Assembly: GCA_027487485.1 (NCBI GenBank)
Contig: JAIYDN010000039.1
Span: 36,951-100,950 of the forward strand
Length of the DNA: 64,000 nucleotides
Reading direction: 5' to 3'
DNA from: Planctomycetaceae bacterium
Lineage (GTDB): Bacteria > Planctomycetota > Planctomycetia > Pirellulales > Pirellulaceae
In this document: positions 46,636 through 56,219 of the stretch, one piece after another
Layout of the letters: each line of letters starts with the position of its first letter
Position numbering within the stretch: position 1 is the stretch's first letter
Position numbers and translations under genes: made by a program
The notes under the pieces: generated by a model
Databases searched by the model: none
What the model was told of the DNA's origin: nothing
What the model saw: the letters and a program-made list of their open reading frames with translations, nothing else

Positions 46636-49497
46636 ATGGGTTTCTTCTCTCTCCTTCTTATTCGGACCGTTGCCGTCCTATCTTCGGCGTGGGTTCAAGG
46701 TCCGGACGAATTTGAGTTCTTCGAGAAAAAGGTTCGCCCCATTTTGGTCGCTCGTTGCTACGAATGCCATTCGGCAAGCGAGCAGAACGGCGGACTAAGA
46801 CTGGACTCACGGTCGGGCCTTAAACAAGGTGGGGAATCGGGAGCCACCGTTCGACCAGGCGACCCGCAATCTAGTTTGTTAATCGAAGCCGTCCGATACC
46901 AAAACCATGATTTGCAGATGCCTCCACAAAATCGACTTCCGGAATCCGAAGTCGAAATCTTAGAACGGTGGGTGCGCGATGGAGCTGCTTTTCCAGGCGG
47001 AGCCCCCCAAGGAGAAGGATCGAATGAGAACGGATCGAGTGACGATGGGGCCCCCAAGCCCACAGGCATGACGATCGAAGATGGGAAACGCTTTTGGTCG
47101 ATGATGCCTATTTCGGATCCCGACATCCCCGCGGTCTCGAATCCGGGATGGGTGCAAAATCCTATCGATGCCTTTGTCCTGGCGAAACTGGATGTGGCTG
47201 GATTGCCACCACCCGCGAAAGCGGACCGTCGCGCGTTGATTCGACGCGCGACCTATGACTTGGTCGGCCTTCCCCCCTCTGCCGATGAAGTTGATGCGTT
47301 TGTTGCGGACTCATCGCCGGATGCTTTTGAAAAATTGGTGGACCGGTTGTTAGAATCCCCCGACTACGGTGTTCGATGGGGCCGGCATTGGTTGGATGTT
47401 GCACGCTACGCCGATAGCAACGGTCTGGACGAAAACGTCGCCTTCGGGAACGCTTGGCGATACCGCGATTATGTTGTCAACGCGATGAACCAAGACATGC
47501 CGTTCGATCGGTTTTTGATTGAACAGATTGCAGGTGATTTGGTCCCATATGCTAACAAGGACACTCATACGGCAACCGGCTTTCTTGCGCTTGGGGCCAA
47601 GGTGCTTGCGGAACCCGATGTCGAAAAGCTCATGATGGATACCATCGATGAGCAATTGGACACGATCGGAAAAGCTTTCATGGGTATCACCATGGGCTGT
47701 GCCCGCTGCCACGATCACAAATTCGATCCTATTCAACAAGCCGATTACTACCGCATGGCAGCGATCTTCAAGAGCACGCAAACGTTTAGCGGCAAGAACT
47801 TTGGTGCGATCAAGTATTGGAACGAACATACTTTTGCAACCGAAGAAGAAATCGCCAAGATCAAAGAAGTGGATGCGGAGATCGCAAAGAAGCAAGCGTT
47901 GGCAAACAAGTTCAAATCTGACGAAATGGAAAAGCTTCGGGCTGCTGCTAAATCCAAAGCGACTGAATACATGATTGCGGCCTGCCATGTGTCTTCCATG
48001 AGCTCACTTCAGGAAATTGCAGCCGCAGCCGCACCGGCAGGTTTGCACCCTCGTATCCTGCATCATTGTCGCAAACACCTGGAATTTCATCGCGACGATC
48101 CTTTCTTTTCCAAGTGGACCGAGCTTGCCGCTGCGGGCGATGTCGCAGGTATCGAAGCCCACTATCGCCCTTTGTTTGAGCTTGCTACCAAGGCATGGCA
48201 AGAAGGCTTGCAAGCCACCCCACCGCTAACCAAACTGCCAGACGAAACGCTCGAGACAGCCCGACTGGTTTTGAATGATGCAGCTGGACTGCTAGCGGTT
48301 CCTGCAAAACCAAGCTTTGCATTCGACGATGCAACCCTTCAAGAATATTATCGACTCGCCGACGAGGCTCGGATCCTAGAGAGTTTCTCTCCGGATGCAT
48401 CGGCGGCCATGTCGGTTCGCGAAAACAAAATCGCAGAAGGTATCCCGATCCATGTTCGAGGTAGCCATCGCAATCTTGGACAAGTCGTTCAGCGCGGATT
48501 CCCTGAGGTCATGAACGTTTCGAACGTGAAGCCGATTTTGCCGAAGCTGCAAAGCGGGCGGTTGGAGCTCGCGCAATGGATGGCCAGCTCGTCGCATCCA
48601 CTGACAGCCCGCGTGGCCGTCAATCGTATTTGGGGTTGGCATTTTGGAAACGCAATCGTTCGATCTACCGAGAACTTCGGACGGGTCGGCGATTCACCCA
48701 CTCATCCGGAACTGCTGGACTGGATGGCGCGATGGTTTATCGAATCGGGATGGTCGACGAAGCAGCTGCATCGCTTGATCATGAACTCCAGCACGTATCA
48801 ATCGGTATCAGGCCAATCCACTTCGGGTCAATCGGCATCGGACGCATCACTTCAGGCGGCGCAGATCGACCCCGACAACAAGCTCCTTTGGCATTTTCCG
48901 ATGCTGCGTCTGGATGCGGAACAGATACGCGATTCCATTTTGGAGGTGTCGGGTCTGTTGGACAAGTCGCTGCATGGCAAAACCGTACCGCTTCGAAATC
49001 GCCAATTCGTGTTCGACCATACTTCTTGCGACAACACCAAGTATGACAGCATGCGACGAGCGATTTACCTGCCGGTAGTTCGAAATAACTTGTACACGCT
49101 GTTCGAGCAATTTGATTTTCCGGATCCAACCATGCCAACTGGACGCCGCAATACAACCACCGTCGCGCCTCAGTCTCTGCTGATGATGAATTCCGACTTG
49201 GTGCTTCAAGCATCCGATCGATTGGCTGAAAAATTGCTGAGCCAATCGAGCGACCTGAATGAACAAACCAACTTAGCCTACCGATCGATTTTGGGTCGCA
49301 TGCCAAGCGATACCGAACGCACCGCGATCACGCAGTTTTTGGCTAATGCCATGGCTGCAGATCCGATTGCTGCAGATCCGATTGCTGCAGAATCGAATGC
49401 CACAGAACTAAAGAACCAGGCACCGAATGACCCATTGGTTTGGTCGCTGATCTGTCAAAGCTTGCTATCCTCCAACGAATTTTTCTATCTCAGGTAA
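46636..49497 (+). CDS. PSD1 / planctomycete cytochrome C domain protein (PSCyt1, DUF1549 and DUF1553)
   Basis: Signal peptide from the ATG at 46636. Also 'FFEKKVRPILVARCYECHS', 'NPIDAFVLAKL' and 'CARCHDHKFDPI'. Confidence 0.9.
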   Translation: MGFFSLLLIRTVAVLSSAWVQGPDEFEFFEKKVRPILVARCYECHSASEQNGGLRLDSRSGLKQGGESGATVRPGDPQSSLLIEAVRYQNHDLQMPPQNRLPESEVEILERWVRDGAAFPGGAPQGEGSNENGSSDDGAPKPTGMTIEDGKRFWSMMPISDPDIPAVSNPGWVQNPIDAFVLAKLDVAGLPPPAKADRRALIRRATYDLVGLPPSADEVDAFVADSSPDAFEKLVDRLLESPDYGVRWGRHWLDVARYADSNGLDENVAFGNAWRYRDYVVNAMNQDMPFDRFLIEQIAGDLVPYANKDTHTATGFLALGAKVLAEPDVEKLMMDTIDEQLDTIGKAFMGITMGCARCHDHKFDPIQQADYYRMAAIFKSTQTFSGKNFGAIKYWNEHTFATEEEIAKIKEVDAEIAKKQALANKFKSDEMEKLRAAAKSKATEYMIAACHVSSMSSLQEIAAAAAPAGLHPRILHHCRKHLEFHRDDPFFSKWTELAAAGDVAGIEAHYRPLFELATKAWQEGLQATPPLTKLPDETLETARLVLNDAAGLLAVPAKPSFAFDDATLQEYYRLADEARILESFSPDASAAMSVRENKIAEGIPIHVRGSHRNLGQVVQRGFPEVMNVSNVKPILPKLQSGRLELAQWMASSSHPLTARVAVNRIWGWHFGNAIVRSTENFGRVGDSPTHPELLDWMARWFIESGWSTKQLHRLIMNSSTYQSVSGQSTSGQSASDASLQAAQIDPDNKLLWHFPMLRLDAEQIRDSILEVSGLLDKSLHGKTVPLRNRQFVFDHTSCDNTKYDSMRRAIYLPVVRNNLYTLFEQFDFPDPTMPTGRRNTTTVAPQSLLMMNSDLVLQASDRLAEKLLSQSSDLNEQTNLAYRSILGRMPSDTERTAITQFLANAMAADPIAADPIAAESNATELKNQAPNDPLVWSLICQSLLSSNEFFYLR

Positions 49498-49502
49498 TCA
49501 CG

Positions 49503-51005
49503 ATGCGAAACGTTCCTGCTGAAGACTTCTTCGTCCGGCGAAATAGCCAGACCTTTGCAAGCTCGTTGACCACGCGTCGAAGTGTTTTGAAAAACTCGGC
49601 GGCGGGTTTCGGATTCTTGGCGCTAAGTGCGTTGTTGCAACGCGAATCTCGTTCGGCTGATCCGTTGGTTGTTTCTGGCGATTCCGCCGTGGGTTCTAAA
49701 GCAGCCAATCCCTTGCAGGCCAAAGTGGCTCATTTTCCAGCAGCAGCAAAACGGATTGTCTTTCTTTTTATGAAAGGGGGGCCATCGCATGTCGATACGT
49801 TCGACCCGAAGCCTTTGCTGGACCGCGATGCTGGCAAGCCGCTTCCGTTTGCATTGCCAAAGGTTCTCTTTGCAGAAGCTGGTAACCTTCTCAAGTCGCC
49901 ATGGAAGTTTCATCAGCATGGGCAAAGCGGCCTACCGGTCAGCGAGCTCTTTCCGAATGTTGCCAAGCATATCGACGACTTGTGCATATTGCGGTCCCTG
50001 CACGGAACCAACCCTGCTCACGGCGGAGCCTTATTGAAGCTTCATACAGGAAGTGACCAGTTCGTGCGTCCCAGCTTAGGCTCGTGGGTAACTTATGGTT
50101 TAGGGACGGAGAATGAAAACCTACCTGCATTCGTTACGATTTGTCCGACGCTGGCTCATGGTGGTGTGAACAATTGGGGTTCGGCGTTCTTGCCAGCCTA
50201 TTGCCAGGGGACTCCTATCGGCAACGCCAGCTTGCCGGCCGAACAAGCTCAGGTGAAGCATATTCGCAACGGTCGTATTGATTCCAGGATGCAACGCATG
50301 CAACTGGATTTATTGCGTTCCATCAACCAAGAGCATTTTGAAAAATCGGACGCGGATATCGTGCTCGACGGCCGCTTGAACTCTTTCGAGCTCGCGTACC
50401 GCATGCAGTCCACCATGCCTGACGTGCAAGACCTTTCTCAAGAAACGCAGGACACGTTGAAGCTGTATGGTATCGACGATCCTGTCACCGAGAATTTCGG
50501 TCGGCAGTGTTTGATGGCCAGAAGGTTTTTAGAAAGTGGAGTGCGATTTGTCCAAGTGACGCACAGCGACAGTGAAGTGCAATGGGATCAGCACGGTGGG
50601 CTTTATCAGGGGCATACCAAGAACGCGGCCGAGGTGGACAAGCCGATTGCAGGTTTCTTAAGTGATTTAAAAGCTCGAGGTTTGTTAGAAGACACTTTGG
50701 TCCTTTGGGGCGGAGAATTCGGGCGCACGCCAACATGCCAGCAGGGCAGCGACGGCCGCGATCACAACCCGAACGGTTTTACGATGTGGATGGCAGGGGG
50801 CGGGGTCAAAGGTGGTTACGCCTACGGCGCGACCGACGAATACGGATACTACGCGGTCGAGAACAAGATGCACGTCAACGATCTGCACGCCACCATCTTG
50901 CATTTGCTGGGATTGGATCACGAGCGTCTGACGTACCGCTATGCCGGCCGCGATTTCCGACTCACAGATGTCGCCGGCAAGGTCGCAAAAGATATCCTTG
51001 CCTAA
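49503..51005 (+). CDS. DUF1501 (sulfatase-like) protein with a Tat-type signal
   Basis: Carries 'TRRSVLKNSAAGFGFLALSAL', 'GGPSHVDTFDPKP' and 'WGGEFGRTP'. It starts 6 nt after the PSD1 stop. Confidence 0.9.
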   Translation: MRNVPAEDFFVRRNSQTFASSLTTRRSVLKNSAAGFGFLALSALLQRESRSADPLVVSGDSAVGSKAANPLQAKVAHFPAAAKRIVFLFMKGGPSHVDTFDPKPLLDRDAGKPLPFALPKVLFAEAGNLLKSPWKFHQHGQSGLPVSELFPNVAKHIDDLCILRSLHGTNPAHGGALLKLHTGSDQFVRPSLGSWVTYGLGTENENLPAFVTICPTLAHGGVNNWGSAFLPAYCQGTPIGNASLPAEQAQVKHIRNGRIDSRMQRMQLDLLRSINQEHFEKSDADIVLDGRLNSFELAYRMQSTMPDVQDLSQETQDTLKLYGIDDPVTENFGRQCLMARRFLESGVRFVQVTHSDSEVQWDQHGGLYQGHTKNAAEVDKPIAGFLSDLKARGLLEDTLVLWGGEFGRTPTCQQGSDGRDHNPNGFTMWMAGGGVKGGYAYGATDEYGYYAVENKMHVNDLHATILHLLGLDHERLTYRYAGRDFRLTDVAGKVAKDILA

Positions 51006-51173
51006 TCGCAGCCGATGAAAGTCGCAAACACGATCCACCGTGCAGTTTCAGATATCGATCGTCGTATCAACTACTGAACTGGCGTTTGTACGATTCTCCG
51101 AGGTCGAACGACCATCGTCACCCAGTCGCAGTATATGCGTCTGCTTGTCAGGTGGATCCTCCGTTGTTTGGTG

Positions 51174-51557
51174 TCAGCGGATTTGTCCCATCCCCGAGTA
51201 CGCCTTTATCAGTACGCAAATCCAGAACCCAAACCAAGTCACCCCGAACAACGCAATGGATCCTGCAGCAAGCCAAAACCTTGATGCGGCAGTCAAGTTC
51301 TTCATCATAAGTAAGATCGCAAGAACTGAAATCAATCCACATAGAACGATCGCAGAGCCGAACAGCTGTAATTTCAGATCGTCGGAACTTGAGTTAAAGT
51401 ACACCCGATTGGAATACAACGACTCTATGAGACCGGCGAAAAGAACGAACTGAAGTGCGTATCCGATCAACCATATTGCAATGGGGAGCTTGCGGAAACG
51501 TTGCGACAAGGGCTGATTGTCGGAGGAGGCGATAGGTGCTTTATACGGATCAAACAT
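51174..51557 (-). CDS. Small polytopic membrane protein (orphan)
   Basis: 127 aa. An 'MFDPYKAPI' N-terminus is followed by 3-4 hydrophobic helices. No family recognised. Confidence 0.5.
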   Translation of the reverse strand: MFDPYKAPIASSDNQPLSQRFRKLPIAIWLIGYALQFVLFAGLIESLYSNRVYFNSSSDDLKLQLFGSAIVLCGLISVLAILLMMKNLTAASRFWLAAGSIALFGVTWFGFWICVLIKAYSGMGQIR

Positions 51558-51613
51558 ACCGAATTACTTTGACCTTGGTGAAAACTGAATAGGCGAACGT
51601 TTGAAGACTCTTT

Positions 51614-51690
51614 TTTGGGTTGTTTTTTGTGCTCATAGTTATGCTACCAATTCGATTGCCATTCGTGGGTGGCACCGTCCGAAGAAGCCC
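51614..51690. repeat. Island repeat, short copy C (internally deleted relative to copy A)
   Basis: 'tttgggtt..tttgtgctcatagttatgctaccaattcgat' matches the left module of copies A and B. It is joined directly to 'gccattcgtgggtggcaccgtccgaagaagccc', which matches 56177-56209. It lies 57 bp upstream of the start at 51557. Confidence 0.6.
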
Positions 51691-51850
51691 GTGGTCCAGG
51701 CCCGAATGGGCCGACACATCCTCTGCCGGTGGCCCGCGGCCACCGGTCACGAACCCTTGATCCGCGAAAGCCCCGAATGGGGCGACACAGATCGCCCCGC
51801 CACTTCAACATCGTCGCGCCGTGTCGGCCCGTCAGGCCTTGAGAACTGAG
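51691..51850. repeat. GC-rich composite repeat with internal direct and inverted repeats
   Basis: Direct repeat 'cccgaatggg(g)c(c)gacac' at 51701 and 51771. A 21-nt palindrome 'ccggtggcc-cgc-ggccaccgg' lies at 51726-51746. Inverted pair 'gggccgacac' (51708) and 'gtgtcggccc' (51821). Confidence 0.5.
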
Positions 51851-51910
51851 TTGCGGTCGCTGGCCGCCGGGCCTTCAGACTCGAGGAAGTTCCGAATCGG
51901 CGGCTCCGGT

Positions 51911-52693
51911 TCACCGCTGGGTTCTGCCGTCTTCTTGCCAGCTCACATCAAGGTGAACGTTATTGAAGTCGGGATCATCCAAATCTCCGCGATGCCGCAT
52001 GACGCCGCCGGATGGCAATGAAGCCATCTTCACTTGTTGGCCGTCAAGAACAACGTAGCCGAACGCTTGATGCTCGATTAAGCGGTTGCAGAGGTCAACA
52101 ACACCGTCTTCGAGGTTGGACGCAACATTGCGAACACTTATGTCAGGTCGGCCAAACTTCCGCATTCCCCGTGTATGGAACCATTTCAATGAAGGATCCA
52201 CTTCATTCGAGACGAGGATCACCGTGTGGTTGCGTGGAACGGAAGCGGCAGGATCAAATATTTGTTGTCTCCATTCCGACGACTCCCACCAGCGAAACAT
52301 GAGCGGATCGTATACCGCGCATCCGCCTTGATCGAGCAAGTAGGTGATCAGGCCGACAGTGTCGCGAAGGTAATTAAGTGTCGTCGAATCGTTTGGCGTG
52401 CCACGCAAGACAATGCAATGCTCACACCCTTCGACGGTTGCGGCGAGTTTGGGATCACTGGCTACAAATTCGTCCCAGAGGTAACCGTTGCGGAAACTTC
52501 CGAGGACATCAGGGTGCCTGTTCGCGCCATATGACATCACGTCGATGCCATCGGGAGCGCCGCTGGAGCGGTACCTGCCGCGCGACAAAGGAGCAGATGC
52601 GTCGATTTCGCCGTAAACGACGTAGAACAACATCGGGTCGCCGCCACCAGCGACGTAATGCTCTCGTTGCCAAGTTTCGAGTTCAGTTGTCAC
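51911..52693 (-). CDS. Cytosolic orphan protein (possibly DUF4261/SUFU-like, unverified)
   Basis: 260-aa ORF with no TM helix or signal peptide. The C-terminal segment 'WFHTRGMRKFGRPDISVRNV...LCNRLIEHQAFGYVVLDGQQV' resembles immunity-type domains as I recall them. Confidence 0.55.
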   Translation of the reverse strand: MTTELETWQREHYVAGGGDPMLFYVVYGEIDASAPLSRGRYRSSGAPDGIDVMSYGANRHPDVLGSFRNGYLWDEFVASDPKLAATVEGCEHCIVLRGTPNDSTTLNYLRDTVGLITYLLDQGGCAVYDPLMFRWWESSEWRQQIFDPAASVPRNHTVILVSNEVDPSLKWFHTRGMRKFGRPDISVRNVASNLEDGVVDLCNRLIEHQAFGYVVLDGQQVKMASLPSGGVMRHRGDLDDPDFNNVHLDVSWQEDGRTQR

Positions 52694-52718
52694 GTCGTAT
52701 TCTCAGAGACAGAAAGAA

Positions 52719-52734
52719 GCGGCAACCGGGCCGC
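52719..52734 (-). terminator. Possible intrinsic terminator after the 52745-53494 gene
   Basis: On the minus strand, GCGGC-CCGGTT-GCCGC is followed by 'TTCTTTCTGTCTCT'. The GC stem is short, only 5 bp. Confidence 0.35.
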
Positions 52735-52744
52735 CACCAGAAAA

Positions 52745-53494
52745 CTATGATTTCAAATCCCGCGTCATCGACTGCTCCAGTTGACCGCTTTGCTCTGTGG
52801 CATTCGCGTGACGACCGTAGTCTAGGAAAAGGGCAACTATCATGACGCACAAGAATGCAGCATACCACCAACCCATGTGCGTCCGAAACAGTATGCGAAA
52901 AAACGTGAGATCATCAATATACAAATACGAACAATAAAGCACGCCAACAAAAATCAGGAAGGAAAACCAAACGATCGGTTTGCGTATTTCTGCAGAAGAA
53001 TGATATGACAAACCAAATGCAATCAATCCCGCTATCAGATTTGACACCGAGAAAATTCGAAGGTCGGCAATCAATGCACTAAGGGTATTGTCGTAGAACT
53101 CTCGTATCTTGCTCTTGATCGCAGTCACCTTTTCGATCAGTGGGTTTGCGTTTGCTATCGGAGCATCGCGAACTTGCCGCCGTGTCAAATCGGCAATGTA
53201 CGCACCCGGATCTTGCTGATAGTCAGCAACCTCGTTGCGGATAGTGGTTACTTGGTCATCGGAAAGGAACTTTTTGACCAAAGGTGAATTGAGCGATTCG
53301 TCGGCGACTTCCACAATCGGCTTGGAGTAGTCGAGCGTCTTCTCCGTGACAAAATCGCGAGCAAGTGAGTCAAGATGCTGGCGTGCGAGAAATGTGTACG
53401 CAAGGAAACAGACAAAGAAAACGACAACGATCAAGTTGAGCACGAGTGTCGCTTTGCGCATAGTCTTTCTTTGCCACAGTACGTATTCGTTCAC
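52745..53494 (-). CDS. Membrane protein (orphan)
   Basis: 249 aa. The N-terminal TM helix 'ATLVLNLIVVVFFVCFLAYTFL' is followed by a soluble segment of about 130 aa and three C-terminal TM helices. Confidence 0.55.
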   Translation of the reverse strand: MNEYVLWQRKTMRKATLVLNLIVVVFFVCFLAYTFLARQHLDSLARDFVTEKTLDYSKPIVEVADESLNSPLVKKFLSDDQVTTIRNEVADYQQDPGAYIADLTRRQVRDAPIANANPLIEKVTAIKSKIREFYDNTLSALIADLRIFSVSNLIAGLIAFGLSYHSSAEIRKPIVWFSFLIFVGVLYCSYLYIDDLTFFRILFRTHMGWWYAAFLCVMIVALFLDYGRHANATEQSGQLEQSMTRDLKS

Positions 53495-53577
53495 CCATCC
53501 CGCGCGATGAACGTGTCCATTTCAAAAGCACCCGATCGCGGGCTTGGGTGCAACGGTTGGTTAGTTGATATCCAGCC

Positions 53578-54504
53578 TTACTCGCTGTCCTCTATAGACG
53601 GATCAAGCTTGCGTGCTGTTTCAATATCGCTTCTAGCTTTCTGTTCTTCGCCGAGAGCCTGATAGGCGTAACTGCGGTTTTGAAACGCCCAAGCATTTTG
53701 AGGTGCACGTTGAATGATCAGTGTGTAATTTTCGATTGCTTCGAGGTACCGGCCAGATGCGTGAGCACTGTAAGCCCGTGTGCTAAGCCAAGTAACTGAC
53801 CAAGGGCACCAAAAACAGAATGCGACTGATGACGCAAGCATAAATCCCGATGCCGCTATCGCAAGGGGTCGATACGATCGGAGAACAAAAGCAATTCCAA
53901 CACAAGAACCGAAAATCAACCCCGAGAAATGCGCAGCATTTCCCACTTCCCACACTTTGGCGATTGTAGTCGCAAGACAAACGAATAGCCAAACCAAGAA
54001 AATCAAGATGGTTTTTGGAGAAAGGACATCGGCGAACAAACGATACCTGTCACGGGTAAGCCACATAAATCCAAAGATCGAATAAACGACACCAGATGCA
54101 CCAATTCCGGTCGAATCCGAGACGGCCATTTGGAAAGCTGAACTCACAAATGCCGACGACAGGAAGAATATGAGGAAGAGAGTCGATCCAATCGATCTTT
54201 CAAGTCGACTGCCAAGGGACCAAAGCCAGTAGACGTTGAAAGCCAAATGCCAAAGCGCCATATGTACAAACGCGGAAGTGATCAGGGCCCAGTATTTGCC
54301 GTCCCATATGGAAGTGGCGGGCAGATACCCGAATTGCGAAAGCCTATCCCAAGAATTTATGTCTTCCATTGACGCAAGCCCGACAAAGATACCAATGCAG
54401 ATGAGGCAACTTAAACTTGTAACCCATGTTGACCGAAAGGACTCTGACCTCGGGCTTGCGCCCGTACCAAGACCGTCAACGGGAGTCATAGTCGAATCGC
54501 TCAT
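53578..54504 (-). CDS. Rhomboid-family intramembrane serine protease fused to C-terminal TPR repeats
   Basis: Carries 'FVHMALWHLAFNV', the catalytic 'GASGVVYSIFG' (GxSG) and 'AHFSGLIFG'. The C-terminal 'YLEAIENYTLIIQRAPQNAWAFQNRSYAYQALGEEQKA' is TPR-like. Confidence 0.8.
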   Translation of the reverse strand: MSDSTMTPVDGLGTGASPRSESFRSTWVTSLSCLICIGIFVGLASMEDINSWDRLSQFGYLPATSIWDGKYWALITSAFVHMALWHLAFNVYWLWSLGSRLERSIGSTLFLIFFLSSAFVSSAFQMAVSDSTGIGASGVVYSIFGFMWLTRDRYRLFADVLSPKTILIFLVWLFVCLATTIAKVWEVGNAAHFSGLIFGSCVGIAFVLRSYRPLAIAASGFMLASSVAFCFWCPWSVTWLSTRAYSAHASGRYLEAIENYTLIIQRAPQNAWAFQNRSYAYQALGEEQKARSDIETARKLDPSIEDSE

Positions 54505-54609
54505 GAATGGCAGGCTCTAATCCATCTAACGATCGGGATCAGCTAGCCCGAGCAAGTAACAATGACACAAAAAAATCCAGTCGATCGAGGGCTTAGCTGC
54601 ATCCCTTGA

Positions 54610-55278
54610 TTATCCCAAGGTCTCTTGTTCTATTGTTCTAATTGGTGTCTGACGATTTTGAAAGTCCAAGGCAATCAAACGATCACAAACAAAGCCAAGA
54701 ACACCGCCTAACGCTACGCCAAGTACTGTACAAACCACCAAAGGGAAAAATACGGATATGTATGCGAGATTGCCAATCGGTACTGGAAATGCGGTAAACC
54801 AAGAAGCGACACACGAAGTTAGGACCGGTAACCCGAACTGAAAAGCAACAAAGATTCCAGATAGAGCACCATTTTGAATCGCGATGAAAACCACACCCTT
54901 ACGATTGGTTCTTGTTCGGAACTTGAAGCATGTGCGACGGATCGTAAATTCGCTAACCGCAACGACAAATACAACAATGAAGCCAATCAAAATTGCAGCA
55001 GATGGTGCATTCAGAGCGACACGGAAATTGAGCAGCAGCATCAAGTTTGCACTGAATACAAGCGGAAGAAGAAATACTAGGAATGATTGCCTTAGAATCA
55101 ATGCCGCACAAAACGTCAATGCCGCGCCGAGGAAAAGCCATGCGGTATCAGGGGAAGCAACAAACGTTGCAAACCAAATCGCAATGATCGTTGTAACGCT
55201 CAGAAAGTCGCGAATCAAAAGTTGCCTCGAACCTCGCAAGAGTACGGTCTCCTCAGATGAAAGGGATAACAACACCAA
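54610..55278 (-). CDS. Polytopic membrane protein (orphan)
   Basis: 222 aa with about 6 hydrophobic helices. No recognisable motif. Confidence 0.5.
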   Translation of the reverse strand: MVLLSLSSEETVLLRGSRQLLIRDFLSVTTIIAIWFATFVASPDTAWLFLGAALTFCAALILRQSFLVFLLPLVFSANLMLLLNFRVALNAPSAAILIGFIVVFVVAVSEFTIRRTCFKFRTRTNRKGVVFIAIQNGALSGIFVAFQFGLPVLTSCVASWFTAFPVPIGNLAYISVFFPLVVCTVLGVALGGVLGFVCDRLIALDFQNRQTPIRTIEQETLG

Positions 55279-55347
55279 TCACGCGGTTGCGGCCATGTGA
55301 CTTACCATCAGGAAACGCGAGATCCGCAACTCGCGTGCATTGGATTG

Positions 55348-55872
55348 CTATGGCTTGTGCAGCTTGATTTCGCCAAACGTCATGTAAACAAGCGCCGTAC
55401 CCGCGGGCCCCCGGTACGCTCCATTTGCATTTCCAAGACGTGCAGCAACAGCGGTAAGTTCCCAAGCTTCATCTTCAGTACATTCGATGGTCCGTTCAGT
55501 GTAGGTAGAGAGGTTGTGTATCTTTCCAAAGTCCCGTGCGAGTTTTGCGTGCGTACGCAAAGGTTCTTCAACCGACGGATGATCCCATCCCCAAAGAAAC
55601 GTACCGTCAAGCGTATCGTACGTGCCAATGATCTGCATGTCAGCCTCGGCAACAGTTCCATCAGCAAACATAAATTCAATGCGGCCATTGTCTTGATCAG
55701 CAGCCCAATTCTCTTCATCGCCGAGGTGCCATGTGGCGGAATGTGCCGAGGTTTGGGTCCGAAGTCCTTCTATGGCTTGTTGGATATAGAGGTTTGGGTC
55801 CACGCTTGATGTTCCTTTGTTGCAACCTGAAAGCAGGAGACTGAGACATACGACCATCCAAATTGTTTTCAT
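55348..55872 (-). CDS. Lipoprotein with a DUF6882-like domain
   Basis: Lipobox 'LLLSGC' after the ATG at 55872. 'NGRIEFMFADGTVAEADMQIIGTYDTLDGTFLWGWDHPS' fits the DUF6882 pattern as I recall it. Confidence 0.6.
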   Translation of the reverse strand: MKTIWMVVCLSLLLSGCNKGTSSVDPNLYIQQAIEGLRTQTSAHSATWHLGDEENWAADQDNGRIEFMFADGTVAEADMQIIGTYDTLDGTFLWGWDHPSVEEPLRTHAKLARDFGKIHNLSTYTERTIECTEDEAWELTAVAARLGNANGAYRGPAGTALVYMTFGEIKLHKP

Positions 55873-55963
55873 GTCGATGCCATAACGTCGCTGGTCACCG
55901 ATGTCGCCAGAGACCACGTTTCAAAAATTCAAGAAAGCCCCGGCGGCGACTTCGGACGAGTAG

Positions 55964-56133
55964 TTTGGGTTCTCTTTGGTTGGGTTGATGTTTGTGCTTA
56001 TGGGTATGCTACCAAATCGATGGCAGCGCCGCACTGTCCCTTCCCTACAAATGGATACTCCGCACCCTCTAAGAACCGGAATTGCCCAGTGAAAGCATCC
56101 GACTCCCAGCTATCACCTGTCTCAACAATCTTA
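55964..56133. repeat. Island repeat, full copy A (170-bp core)
   Basis: An ungapped alignment with 60508-60677 gives 146/170 identical positions by hand count. Perfect blocks of 31, 23, 16 and 14 nt are separated by variable patches. The copy lies 92 bp upstream of the start at 55872. Confidence 0.8.
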
Positions 56134-56150
56134 ATTCATTTCGTGCGAGT

Positions 56151-56190
56151 GCCATTCGTGAGTGGCATTCGTGAGTGGCATTCGTGGGTA
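56151..56190. repeat. Tandem 13-14-bp repeat, three units ('gccattcgtgagtg')
   Basis: 'gccattcgtgagtg gcattcgtgagtg gcattcgtgggta' lies next to the module shared with copy C. Confidence 0.7.
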
Positions 56191-56219
56191 GCACCGTCCT
56201 AAGAAGCCCCATTCAGGGC

